The notes under the pieces were generated by a model. It saw only the letters and a list, made by a program, of their open reading frames with translations, was not told where the DNA came from and did not search any database. Below, in pieces: positions 51,293 to 64,000 of a DNA stretch of 64,000 bases (position 1 is its first letter; every line of letters begins with the position of its first letter). Both the position numbers and the translations under genes were made by a program. Location: assembly GCA_051362555.1 (NCBI GenBank), contig CM120644.1, positions 3,666,954 to 3,730,953 on the forward strand, written 5' to 3'. This stretch comes from Lingula anatina (lineage: Eukaryota; Animalia; Brachiopoda).

Positions 51293-51439
51293 CTGAAATA
51301 CGGAAAAAAACTTTTTACCATAAATAAAAATGGTCTTTGAGAAAAATCCCAAGCGATATGATGTCAGCCTAGTTTGAACTACGGTAAAGAACCTAAAATT
51401 ATTGTAGGTTACACATATGAGATGGTTGTATTACCAGAG

Positions 51440-52350
51440 CAGCGCTGGCGGTGCATATGGTTTCAGTCTCGACCCGTCTCGTCCGCCGTATCCGCCGGCT
51501 TTGCAGTATCCACCGCCATATCGCCTGCACCGCTTCTCCCCCTAAACTACAAGAGCCCCTGTATCAACCTCTTGTATGTAGGCCACATATAATCTCAACT
51601 CGATCCATGTGAAATTTGGGCTTTGTCGGTGCTTGGGTCAAGGTGTGGCGCTCGTCAGAATGCACCCTTGTCCAAAATTTGCAAAATTAAATGCTGAATA
51701 TCTCCCAAACCGAAGGAATTATGGAACGAGTTACTACAGCTATCTGTCCGAAATTCATGTGTGGAGATTTCAAATATGCCCTTGCATTTAACCTTTGACC
51801 TTTATTTCAGGGTCAAAAGGGCCAAAAGTTTCTAAAAATAGGATTTTTTGCCGACGTTCAGAAACTACACACACCTATCCCATAATATTACTGACAGGTG
51901 TTACACTTGGGATCATCTTTCACCTTCGTGAGTCTGGGATCAGTCGGTGCATAATCACTGGAGAAGCAGCCATATATCCCCAAAACTGGCAAAGATGTGC
52001 CCATAGTTATTATTGATCTTCAATAAGAAGTCATATACTGGCAATCTAACTGAGACCTTAATTGAAATTGACCTTTGACCTACTTTTCGCCATGAACTGA
52101 ACTGCAAATTTTCCGTCCCTTACATATCCGAAACTGGCGGAAATTTACCCTTAGTTACTACTGTACTTGTATAGGAACTCGTATATTAACAGTTTCCTTT
52201 GACCGTGAATTTGACCTTTGACAGACTTTTCACCATAAACCACACTTCCCAAATTGTCTATCTCTTATACTAACTATTGAACTTAAATGGGAAAACCTAT
52301 AATCTTACTGCAAGCTTGGATATGAACTTTCACTTTTCCCCGCGCTTTTA
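51440..52350 (+). mobile_element. Helentron/HINE-like non-autonomous element
   Basis: 5' (GTCC/TCCGCC)-type microsatellite followed by diverged repeats containing TTGACCTTTGACC. Boundaries are approximate. Confidence 0.45.
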
Positions 52351-54454
52351 TAATAAACTGTAATTTCATACAAAAAATGAGAACTCTTGTTCACTGTATT
52401 TTGTAAAGCCTGCCAAGCACAGCACTGGAGTTGGTCTTTCTCTCTTTCTATTTTTCCTGAGTCTCCGAAATTTAAATTCTTACCCCTTGCGTTTCCCTGG
52501 CAAAAGCTCTGCCACTCACATCCACCGCCAGTTCAGTGGTAAAAAACACATTCTGACGGCTGAGGGAGGGGGACCACGGACTATTATAATTTTTACGTGG
52601 ACATAACTCTACCGTTTCACCTAGCGTGCATCTCTCCGCTTTGTGTGGTTATTGAGTAAAACGTGGTTACAGATGTCATGTAGTTTAATGCAAGTGGGGC
52701 TCCAAGATGAGATTAGGGCAACAAAAATGGAATTAATTCAATTCAGTCGCCTACCACCACTACATATGTGCGGTTATATGAAATGTATGTTATGGGATAT
52801 GTAAGCCAGAAATTGACAGAAATCTGTAGACATTGACTATTAGTACAGTTCATGCATCATGCATCCGAAATGTAGGCATACCATACGTTTTGTACCATCA
52901 AAGAAGCCTCTGCGTGTCTTTCAGAAGGCCCCCAAACATGCAAAAACATGTCGATTTTGCAATATATTGGGTCTCATATATGCAAAATTGTCACGATCCA
53001 CGTCGCGTTTGTCTTTTACTGCGGTGTTTAGAGCCCAAATTGACTATGTTATAAAACACCATATCTACATGGCCATGTCTATTTTGTCACTTACTTCTTC
53101 GTCATGGCTTCCTAAGCTCGACTATAAGATCAAAAGACACAAGATCTCACAAACACGTTTAAATGTAAGTCCAAATGTGCATGTTTCACGTTTTGGGGCG
53201 TCTCGATAGTCCGAAGGTTCACTGGTCCGAAGGTTCATGGGTCCGAAAAATGGTAACATTTTCTTCAGCTTTATAATACAAATTGATTTCTTACTAGATA
53301 TTCACAGATCTGTGTCTGGTTCATGCCTTGTTTCACTACTACGCGTTAGAGAAGAGTAAGCCTGCATTATTAATTTGGGGCCCTGGTAAAGGGTACTGAG
53401 CCCCTTAGATGCGTGATAGGCCCGGTGTAGGCCTAGTAGGAACGGTAATGAAATTGGTAACGAAACTGAAGGTCCTTGTGACAGAAAGTCCGTCCTCCAT
53501 ATGGTTATAATGGTTAGGGTTATCCTGACCTAAGACCCAAGCTGCCCCCTATTATAAACAGACTATCTCGAGAAAAGGGCCTTTGTTTTTACAACTTCAA
53601 ATGTACTACAACAATTAATCAGCCACATCATATAATTGGGTATAGTCAGAGCACAAGTCAATATAAATGTTGACAAACAAACCTTTGTTTTTATTCAGTA
53701 TAGGGCCCAAAGCGACCAACTAGCATGTCAGCAAAGGTTGTCAGCAGTCAAATAAATAATGAGGTGCAGTAGCTTTATGCAGCACGGTATTGATCTACTC
53801 TAGTATTTATACATGTGCTTATATTTATACCTTACTCACGGTAATTACAGGAGGTCATTCCCAATGAAACTATCGGTCTACGTAGATCGATCCAACTCCG
53901 CATTCCATCTATTGTGATTGGTTGTCGTTGATGACCGGATGAAAAATTCAACCTTATTTCCTTTGTTTTGCTGGAGTTTATAGCCTTGGTTCGCCTGTTA
54001 CCAGGTGGAGAATGCTGTTAGTGCAGTCTATGATTGGCCAGGAGAGGCAGTGTTGCCAACACTGATAAGTGTCATCAAAGTGCATTTTAACCAAAGGTTT
54101 CTATGCGTGTTTTGAAGTCGATGGCTATGACCTCGAAAAGTAGGCCTACTGTATGGTTGACCTAGCTTTGTCCTTGTGATATGTCAACAAGGTCGGCCAT
54201 TCAGAATCAGTCTTCTAGATTTGTACACAACGCTTCCTCTCCATAGGGCAGTCAGTGACATTTGTATCAGTATGACACTGCCGCCATAGCACATTTTATT
54301 TCCAGCTTATGAACATAAAGAATTAGGTAGGGCAAGGATACATCCAGCACATCCAGCACAAACGTTAGACCATGTAGAGTTACTCACTAACCACAGGGGT
54401 GCCAGTAGTCTGTATAATGTGATTTTGTATAGTATTTTAGTGGGGGCGTTGTAG

Positions 54455-54682
54455 AGAAGGGTAGAGTTAAGGTACAGCTAGCACAGTTGTTTCTTGTGTG
54501 AGACCATGAAGAGAATAGAAGGGTAGAGTAAAGGCACGTGCAGCTAGCACAGTTGTTTCTTGTGCTAGAACATGAAAAGAATATCAGGGTAGAGTAAAGG
54601 CACGTACAGCTAGCACAGTTGTTTCTTGTGCTAGAACATGAAGAGAAGGGAAGAGCAAAAGTACAGCTAGCACAATTGTTTA
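54455..54682. repeat. Minisatellite, about 4 units of 55-68 bp
   Basis: Repeated GGGTAGAGTAAAGGCACGTACAGCTAGCACAGTTGTTTCTTGTG. Confidence 0.8.
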
Positions 54683-57600
54683 CTGTGGACTTGAACAAAT
54701 TTATCGTTGCCATGGGCTAAATTAGTTTATAATCCAACGTGCGCTTTACTTTCCCCACCATCAATTATCATGTGTTTTCGCACCATCAAAATCGCATCTA
54801 GAATATGACAACTCCCGCTTACGCCATACCAAAATCACATAATCATCAAAACAAGCGTATTATTCTTTAGTCGATATGTGCAGATTCTAAAAAAAGCTGA
54901 TTTGCTCACGACTTTTTCCATACAGTACATTTTAAGCGCGCCAGGAAGAAACTAAGTGTGCATGCGTAAAAGGGGTCACTCACACCCTATCGTGTTGCCC
55001 GACTTAAAATCAATTAATTGGGAATTAATTTATCTTAGGAAAAGCGGCATAATATGGGGGAGGGTAAAGGACATTTACTATCTATGTGAGTGATGCCAGT
55101 AATATATATATTTGTTTAGTCGCATACTGGCAACATAATTACCAATTAGAGAATGGTAATACACCAATTGTATTGCTGTTATTGTATTCTTATGTACAAA
55201 GTCATGATCATCTATATATACCTGTACAGAAATTAATTAAATTGAGTTCAATTAAAAGCGTTTAAGTAACTTAACCGTGAGAATATGCGAAGAACATGGA
55301 CAGCGTTTCAAAGTTAATAGACTTTGCAGCTTCTAAATGCAAATGGTTCGGCTAATTGCTCTCCAGAAACCTTAGTGCCAAGGTTTCTTCAACCGCTCGA
55401 CATAATGTTAAGTTTTTGTGTCGAAATAATAGACATAATATTTGGAAAGAACATCAGTGTCTTCAACCTTTATAGCCCGGGAGACGTAACATTAAACGGC
55501 ACATTAAACAATAGATGATATCAAAACGAAATTGTCAGTCTGAAGTATCGGCTGTTTTCCAGACAGCGGTCACATAAAACACATTTTTGCCCGATATGTT
55601 CGTTGTTATGGCATACCAACTTCATTACAAAATTTTAGAACTATTAAAACTCTGTATGTCATTTTTAGGCGTTCTTTTACACCTTCAATAAATTCCTCAT
55701 TTGGCAACTGATTGTGGGAAGGGGGAGGGAAGGGTAGTGGGGAGCTGATTATGATGGTGCGTAACAAGATCACCAAGGACAACTCTTATCATCTCTTTAT
55801 GATAATCCTTTCCATTGAAATTGTAAGAATGTATATTAGTGCGACCAACTCATCCCATTAATAACCCGCTTCTTTAAACAGTACTACCTTAAGAGACGAA
55901 AATCGCTGTAAGAGCATTCGAAGAGAATAAATGCATATTTGAAAATTTCCCATGATTATCATGGTATTCGTATTGATGACAAGTTTAAACGTTTCACTTT
56001 CTACAGTTTCACCTTCTCAGTGTTTATTATTATTATGAGACTGAGCGCTATTCACCAATGTATCAGTAAAAATTCTGCGCCGTACAGTGTGACAGTTATA
56101 ACTTAAGAACATTATCAATAGACTCCACAGATGAATTATCATGTTTTTATGAGCAAAATAAAGAATATCACTGAACTTTATTTGTCATTTTGGTTCAAGA
56201 CATGTACGATATGAAATTTGTTTCAGGTGTGCTTGAAATCTACTTTGGGATATTTTAATCCGATTTAATAAACATTAAATCTTAAATAGCTGAATCCAAT
56301 AGCGATTTGTTTAAACAGACTGTTGGTCTGGTGTAGCCGGAAAAAGTTAAGAAATTCAGGGGCGTCTTTCAAATTATCTTTATGATCCGTCCTCCATTTT
56401 TGACCGTCTTCCGACAGAAAAAATCAGATACCAGTCATTGCAAACTTGAAAATCTGACCGTCTTCCAGACAATGATCGTGTCTAGAATCCAAACCCAGCT
56501 GATGTGCCGAGAAATAACCTGCAGTTCTGTGGAAAGTGGTGGATTGGAATGCCATACTGTCAATATGTTATGTCACAGCTCACTCCAACACATTCAAAGC
56601 TATAGTCGTAGAAAGATTCCTTAATATATGCCACCCATCTATACCTATACCTAAAAAAAAATAAAATTGAGTTTTTAAATGACAACACTCTGTTCGGACT
56701 AGTGTGTGTTAGAAACGCATTTTTCTTAATATTTATAAAGAACTTGATAAAATGTGGATTTTAGAAGTATAGGTGGACTTGAGTCGAAATTACAAAGTAT
56801 ATACACATATTAAAAGTACGTCGTTCTGAATGTTATGTCAATTACCGGCTGAGATATAATTACATATTATTTCGGTTCTTTCTATTTTTCATTGAGATAG
56901 GATGTGGATGCCCGTGAAGTTAATATTAGCACCCAATGACTCCCAAAACACCAAATGTACCAGTCGCGGGGAAAAGTCAAAAACTGAAGTGAGGAAAATC
57001 AAAGAACAGGAGTACTGACACTGAAAGGGGTATTAAAGTACCGGAGTGCTTCACATGGACAATTACTTTCTTTACTGTGAAGAGTTTTAAGAGTTTCAAA
57101 AAGTTTTCAGGATCCATAGCGCAATTTAATTAAGTCCCTAAAGCTAAATAGCTAATTGATATAGGCATAACATTTCGACGGCTCTGGCAGCCGTGAAAAT
57201 TGGACGAGGCTGGGTTTTATGGAGTTTTCATTATTATTTATTTCAACTTCAAGAGATGCAAGGTACATATAAGTGTGCATCTTGTTTTGTCGTCTTTGAA
57301 GCACGTGTGGCAGCACAGAGTTCAGTTTCAAAGAGACAAGGAACGGCGGTAAGTTTTTTGATGTCATATTTCAGAAGCGTCTAATTGTTGCCTTATTGTG
57401 AGGTCTAACACTGTACCACATTTACCGCAGGCAGGTCTCTAATTAAGTTAGATGAAAAAAAGCGGCTGTAGAAGGGATAATCGACTCTCAAAATCGTAAC
57501 TTTCTCTACAGTTTGAAAGGGAAAATCCATGGTTAACAACATGCAAAGGACTAGTGCGAATAGCATGGCTTTTAAAAAACTAAAAAAAGAGTTTAGAAAA

Positions 57601-57956
57601 TTTTAAAATGCAAATAAAAATCGAGAACGGACAATCACACTCCGTTTTAACAGTAAAATGAGAGGCCATACGGAATTTCCCGTCATCAAAAGCAAAGCAG
57701 ACAAACCATCATTACGGCAAGTCATAAAAATGCACTTATTGACAGTATCACTAACAAAAAATGAAATTAGGACGTCCAAATATCTGTTATTAACAATTCG
57801 AGGATTTTAACAGCTTTTTTGAGTTCACAGAAATGCCAAATAGACCCAAAAACTCGTTTAACAAATAAATAACCGTGTATGTAACCGTTGAGCGCGACAG
57901 ACTGCACTCGACCCGCAATTGCAGTATTTACCACCAGAGTTCCTTTTAGTTGACAT

Positions 57957-58114
57957 CAGGGGCGGAACCAGAGCTATTTTTGACAGTCTTCCAAATTATC
58001 TTTGTTTATCCATCCCCCATTTTTGACCCTCTTCCAACAGCAAAAATTAAACACTCGTCAGTGTAAACTTGAAAATCTGACCGTCTTCCAGTAGACGGCC
58101 TCAATCCACCCCAG
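57957..58114. mobile_element. Diverged CAGGGGCGG MITE copy (a deleted copy lies at about 56357-56500)
   Basis: Homologous to 63175-63341. Confidence 0.7.
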
Positions 58115-58505
58115 GTTGTTACACAATTTTACAAAAGAACGTGTTTCGTTTAATTTTGTAAGTGCTAGAACGGCCTGTTTTAGAATAATTAAAGGCAAGA
58201 TCTTTCTAAACTTTTGTTACAGCTAGAACGGCCTCTAGTAGGGAGTATAGTGTGCATCTTTCATTCAACCTTTAAAGCCGTTTATCATAATTAGGCCTAC
58301 GTTATCCATATTGCAAGTAGCGAATATATTAAAACATTTTATGATCACTTTTGTCAGCCATTCGGTTATACAAAGAAATTTCCTCAATTAAGGGTCATTA
58401 GTCACAGAACGACAACGAATCTCACTGATGTTGTATCGGTGTTGGAAAAATATCAACTAGTTACATGTATGACCAAGAAACGTTGATTAAATTATTTGCT
58501 TCCTC

Positions 58506-58546
<41 letters not shown>

Positions 58547-58563
58547 CTTACAGATATTCCAAT

Positions 58564-60097
58564 ATGAAGGCGGTGTATGTCCTACTTGCCCTGGCAGTTT
58601 TCTGTCTTGCTTGGGAAGATTCACTTGGTAGGAGAGCTTTTAATCTGTTTGAACAAGCCCTATAATTTTGTTAAAAAAATTATGTTAAAACATCTTTTGA
58701 CTTACTTTAATTAGCATAGAGTACGCCAAGTTCAAGTATCTCCCCCATCTCTCGCTACTATATCCACTGCGATTAATTTGTATTTTCATTTGTGGTACAT
58801 ACCAAGAGTTCGGTAAATCTCCTAACACCGAGTTTATGACCAATAGAAAATTCCAGATCCAAGTCACGAGACTAAATTCAACTCATCATTGGCCTAAATA
58901 ACCAGACTATTAATCGAAATATAGAATTGATGATAAATAAAAAGTTGTTGAAATTTTCAGAAAAATGTATTTTGCTTTACAAAGGTCTCACTCGCACTGT
59001 TTGCCTTTAGGACACCCAATTGCTGTCAACAGTTTCTTTCAGCCTTGTGATTTGAAATAATATCGTTTAATATTGCACTTCGTGAAAAAAAAACTCTGCG
59101 GCGTCAGCAAAGAAATTAAGTAATAAACGTCTCGTATTCAGCGTATCTTAAACATTTTTTAACAATTAAATTGGAAGGGAAATCGTTTAAGCCTTAAATT
59201 TTTACGTCTATCGATTCACGAGTCATTGTATAGGTGCCTAATTCTTGGTTAACTGTAAGTGTTATACATGCGTCTTGCAGGCAGAACCAGATACTCCCTT
59301 CCTGACCCTTCAGTACTGCAAGCAGTTCATGATGTAGAAGCCAATTACCAAGGTCAGGTTTCCATTACGGAACAGGGGGTAAGCAAACTTACATGATAGA
59401 AAATAATCTTATATACCAACAAAACTATTTTTAAAAATATATTTTTTTGTATTGATCTCACGTGTTACAATGACATTGGCGATGATTTATGTTTGTTATT
59501 GGTAGTGATGATGAAAAAAATTCTCGGTCGTTCTCCCACTTAGATATTCTATTAATTTATGCATCATTATTTATAAATGTAGAAAAATATCATAATATGA
59601 TTGTATATTGCTATTTTGAACTTTTCTAATATACATTATAATCAAGGCCCTTGATAATTTTATGTATTTAGAAATATGACCCTTTATTAAAGTCATTTTT
59701 TCAATTAAACTGATTCAATTAAAACTGCATTCTATCTTATGAGACAAATGTTTACAGCTTATCACCCTTTACATTTTTATGCGTGCAATAATTAAAGTCA
59801 CAGACACTTGCAAGCGCGCGTCAGTACATTAATGGTCAATCCCAAAAGTCATTATTCAAATACGCAGAATCCCCAAAGAATTAATAAATTAATTTATTAA
59901 AAGAAATGTCCTTCAATACCTATTATGACGTCATCAGCATCTAAAACCAGGTCTTTGCTGAACATTCCTTTCAGAACGATGCGGTTGTTCAGGCAGCAAG
60001 CCAACAAGTCGCACAGTCTGTCATGGCCTTCCTTGCAGACAAACCAGGGATAAGCTCTAGTGCAACCGGTTCTACGATCATCATCTCACCCATTTAG
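58564..60097 (+). CDS. Small secreted orphan protein, 94 aa; exons 58564-58627, 59281-59378, 59975-60097
   Basis: Signal peptide MKAVYVLLALAVFCLAWEDSLG. Phase-1 and phase-0 GT..AG introns join in frame to RTRYSLPDPSVLQAVHDVEANYQGQVSITEQG|NDAVVQAASQQVAQSVMAFLADKPGISSSATGSTIIISPI*. AATAAA at about 60174; TTACAG acceptor in the 5' UTR. Confidence 0.8.
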
Positions 60098-61912
60098 ATA
60101 TGAAGTGTTTTAATATCAACTGACGATTGAATATTTTAAACACGTAAAAATGTCAGTAGGCGACTGGGCCTTGAATAAAATTACTGAGAACTTCCATTAA
60201 CTTGTTTGTTAAAATCACTTTCAGCACATCCATGCATTTACTGCGCTTATCTTTCAATGGTGTCTATTCAGGCGAGGTTATTTTGAAGTATTGATGCTTT
60301 TACCTGGCTCTGAAATTGAACCCCCACTTCTTTTAGATTCATCCCGAATCTTTTTTATGAGATTTGATTCATGTATTCAGATGCCCAATGGACTTCATAA
60401 TTTTTACTGTCATCTCAGTAAATATTTGTCCTCTACCACTCGATGTAGTATAAATTATTGGTTTAACTAGGTTGGAAATGTTTGCAGCTTCTAACTTAGG
60501 TAAATACAGGGCCAGAAAACTAAGAATGAAAGGAGCATTAGGACACATTGCCTAGGAGTGGGTGAACGTACCAGTGATTTTAGTGCTAGTACAAGTAGAG
60601 TAGCTAGAACATTCGTTCCCGGTGTTAGCACATGAATACACATGTACATATAAGAAGAAGATATTCCTGATGTGAAAAAATAACAAAACTTGACAGGTAA
60701 AACCTTTCAAATGTTATGTAACGTTGTGACAAAAGTGGCATGCATGCGTGAGTATACTTTTCAAAATTGAAGGGCAAATAAGTCATCGCCATATGCCTAA
60801 TATTAACAAATTAAATTTTTATATTGAATTTGCTGAAAGTGAGATATCCGCAAACGTAGTATCTATGCCGCCCTTCATCCAATTCATGCCCACACCGAGA
60901 TGAAAAAGGAACGTCTCTTACTAGAAAATGGGTTCAATAAGGTTTGTGGGGTAAAACAGGGTGAATCAGGGTGAAGTGAAGTGTTTTTACAAGGCATTAC
61001 CATTATATCTGACGGGTAAAACGTTTTCGAACAATTTTTACGGTTTACTTATTAATACACAAGACGCATTACTATTCAAATATTTCGGAAGAAAATTATC
61101 CCCAGACCCAAAGTAAACCTGGCTTAAAAAGATATTATGTAGGTCACTGAGTATCCAAATATTGCCTATTGCATTCCATTATCTGAGAAGTTTTTACCAT
61201 GTTTGAAAATGGAGCGGAAAATAAGATAAGATCGACTGTGTTCTTGTCGGTAACCAGCACAGAAACTTAACGTCAAGCCTCGTTATGAGAACGTGGTCAC
61301 ACACACAATAGGGGCATTCACAACAGATGATCCTCGGATCTACTGATCTGCGGATCAAATATGTTGGACCCTACATGACAGAAAAAAAGCTAACTAATCT
61401 GCCGATGGTCTCCCCGCCTCCAGTATGTTTTTATATTTATCGTTTTTAATGTTTTCTTTGGTATTTTCCACGCTATGAATTTTATTCAAACATTCCAATT
61501 TTTACGAGCTTATAAAGATGTTCCCATCCCACCTTGCGTTTTTTTTTTTTTGTTTTGTTTTTTTTTCGCGAAATCGGATTGTTTACGTTTTAATACATAC
61601 ATTCAACAAAACATGACCAATATATTTCTCCAAACAACACCAGAAAGCAAATTTAATCATATCAACCAGACGGTAAGAAGTGGCAGGCTTTGTCAATTTC
61701 GCCATTTTGTTTATTTCAAAAAGCTTTTTTTGCCTATGCTCAAACGTTCAACGCCTGTGCTTCGGTACCAACTTAACAAGTTGGTTTAGAATATTAGGGA
61801 AACGAAATGGCTTAAAAATATTTGTGAATGTATATTTCAAGTATTTAAATCTGCATGACGCCAAACAAACTTGCAATTTGAATACGCATTTATGGTGATG
61901 TGTTTTTTATTG

Positions 61913-62106
61913 TCTTTGTCAGTTTTATTTGACTGATTTTATTACATTGTACCTTCAGCTACTGTGAAGTAGATACACCTTAGTCACAAATAAATAAAAA
62001 AATATCTTTGTCAGTTTTACCTGACTGATTTTATAACATTGTACCTTTAGCTACTGTGAAGTAGATACACCTTAGTCACAAATAAATAAATAAATAAATA
62101 AATAAA
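61913..62106 (+). repeat. Tandem duplication of about 90 bp ending in (TAAA)n, LINE-3'-tail-like
   Basis: Two copies of TCTTTGTCAGTTTTA..GTAGATACACCTTAGTCACAAATAAATAAA. Confidence 0.7.
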
Positions 62107-63174
62107 CATTATTTAAAACTAAAACACTTGGATTTAAAATAATATCGCTGTAAAGTACTAAACGCAGGCGAACATTCGCCCTTCGCATTCCGGGATTTTA
62201 ATTAAAATTGTTGTTGAGTAAGGCATGTTTCAGTCATATTTGGCAAGACTCAATATTTCCACAAGCGATATTTGGTTCACCTCTATTTTCCAATAACTGT
62301 AACATATATGAAGTAAATCACTCTCTCACTCTCTCTCGATTTCTATCTGTGAATTTGTGCGATATGGTAACGCTAAATTTTCTATTCCACGGATATTTGA
62401 CTAATAAATTAATTTATCAATTTGCGTGTCTATCAGCACAAATTTTCAGGATAGATCAGAGATGGAATTAATTAGAACCAAATAGATTTTGGTGATTATA
62501 TTCTAAACATTACTTAACTAATCTGTTCATCCTATGGCGACATTATGCACAAAATTGTGGACAGATTTTGATAAAATTGTCAATAACTGTCGGGATAATA
62601 ATGGAGATCCAGATTACCCACTGTTGTCGTGTGTTGCGACGATGGGAAAATTGAGCTGTCTCGGCGGAGGTGTACGACCTCGGAATGCCGTTTGTTAAAA
62701 TGATCAATCACCAAACACTGAAGACTGGTGATCTTTAAAAATGGGAGCAAAGATTCATTTAGTACAGCAAGATGTTAAAAATAGCCCCCTTCTCTCTGTT
62801 TTCTTAATTCTTAGTATTTAAAATTTGAATTTCCTTATTTAACCAAATTGCACATTTTTTTTCTTAAAAGTACGCCTTTAAGAACTTTTTTACTGCACAG
62901 TCATGAAAGATTTTAATGTGAGCCACGCCATGTACATCCATTGAGAAGTCTTTTTTTCCAACTTTTATGGTTTCACGTTACATAAATTTTTGCGGAGGTG
63001 AGTAAATGGTGCACTTAATTGCTCTCCAGAAAATGTTGATGCTGGGGTTTCCTTACCCGACTAGGGTAATATTAGTAATTTGTGTTGAAATAATAGACAT
63101 TTCAGTGTATAATGTTAAGTAACATCAATGTTTTCCGTTGTCGTCGTCCCGGAACGTTAAGCAGCAATGGGTAC

Positions 63175-63341
63175 CAGGGGCGGATTCAGATATATTTTCT
63201 GACGGTCTTCCAAAGTAACTTTGTTGATCCCTCCTCCATTTTTGACCGTCTTCCGACAGAAAAAATCGATACCCGTCAATGTAAACTTGAAAATCTGACC
63301 GTCTTCTGGAAGACCCAGAAGACGGCCTAAATTCGCCCCTG
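63175..63341. mobile_element. 167-bp CAGGGGCGG MITE, 5-bp TSD GGTAC
   Basis: GGTAC at 63170-63174 and 63342-63346. An empty paralogous site (GGCACATTAAAC) lies at about 55498. Confidence 0.88.
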
Positions 63342-64000
63342 GGTACATTAAACAACTCTTATTAGTTGATAATAAAACGAAATTGTCAGTCTGAAGTATT
63401 GGATGCTTTCAAAAGAGCAGTCTGCGTGAAGTTCGTTTTTGACCCATATGTTCGCTGTTTTGTCAAACAAACAAACAAAAAATAAAATAAAATAATACTA
63501 AAAAATAAAAAAAACAGAGATCTAGGTTTAAGCATTAGAACTAGGCACATTCTGCCTAGCATGCCATATTTCCAAGTTAATCATTACACAGGTTGAGCGT
63601 ACATTAATCGTTTTGACAGTGGCCTTGGGGGCTGGGGGGGGGGGGGTGTGGACGAGCTAAGATAATATTAAGGTTAATTTAGCCAATAAATATATGAAAA
63701 ATACAATACCGGGGATAAATTGACCGTAAAAGCGTATTAAAAAACGTTAATGTTGCATAAAAAAAAACAAGTTTAAACTGTATTAAAAAGGGATACGACT
63801 GAAGGATCAAAGCCTCATAAAAACTGTTTACTACCCTTCAAAACTAAAAGATTATAGTTGTTTGTATAAAAATTAAAATGGTTTTGACCACAATGTAAAA
63901 TGTTACACATGATAGAAACAGTTTTAGTTGCTACCCTCTCAAAATACTAAATTCAACAGGAGTAAGATACGTCCCAATTGCGCCACTTGCTGACGTAACT

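Noticed and set aside
53194-53250. GTCCGAAGGTTCA short repeats as a transposon terminus
   Set aside because: No matching opposite end or TSD found in the window.
53438-53498. Degenerate hammerhead-like motif (TAATGA..CGAAAC..GTC)
   Set aside because: Core C3/G5 are not conserved and there is no stem II.
54387-54713. Cys-rich repeat protein (NNCASCT)n
   Set aside because: Translation of a minisatellite with irregular unit lengths; no splice or signal support.

Overview
AT-rich eukaryotic (invertebrate, probably lophotrochozoan) genomic DNA with spliceosomal introns and many transposon relics. Host genes: (1) a birth-and-death cluster of two-coding-exon DUF229 genes (alkaline-phosphatase/sulfatase fold, type II membrane): two intact copies, a very recent duplicate of exon 1 only, three disrupted or truncated copies and a relic; (2) a spliced galactose-3-O-sulfotransferase-family gene inside that cluster; (3) a 3-exon, 94-aa orphan secreted protein that the ORF track misses. 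Between 27 and 37 kb lies a decayed, intron-rich Ginger1/GIN-type integrase transposon (HHCC, DD35E, GPY/F; about 8 exons). It sits among CCGG-separated TGT..ACA termini, is interrupted by a 4.1-kb TGT..ACA element with a 6-bp TSD and by a CACTG element, and carries a fresh 8 x 51-bp in-frame expansion of its catalytic-loop exon end that also multiplies the splice donor. Tc1/mariner copies (one palindromic), CAG..CTG MITEs with 5-bp TSDs, Helentron-type elements and a 4.5-kb tandem duplication with a templated-insertion junction are also present. All calls were made by eye, without database searches.
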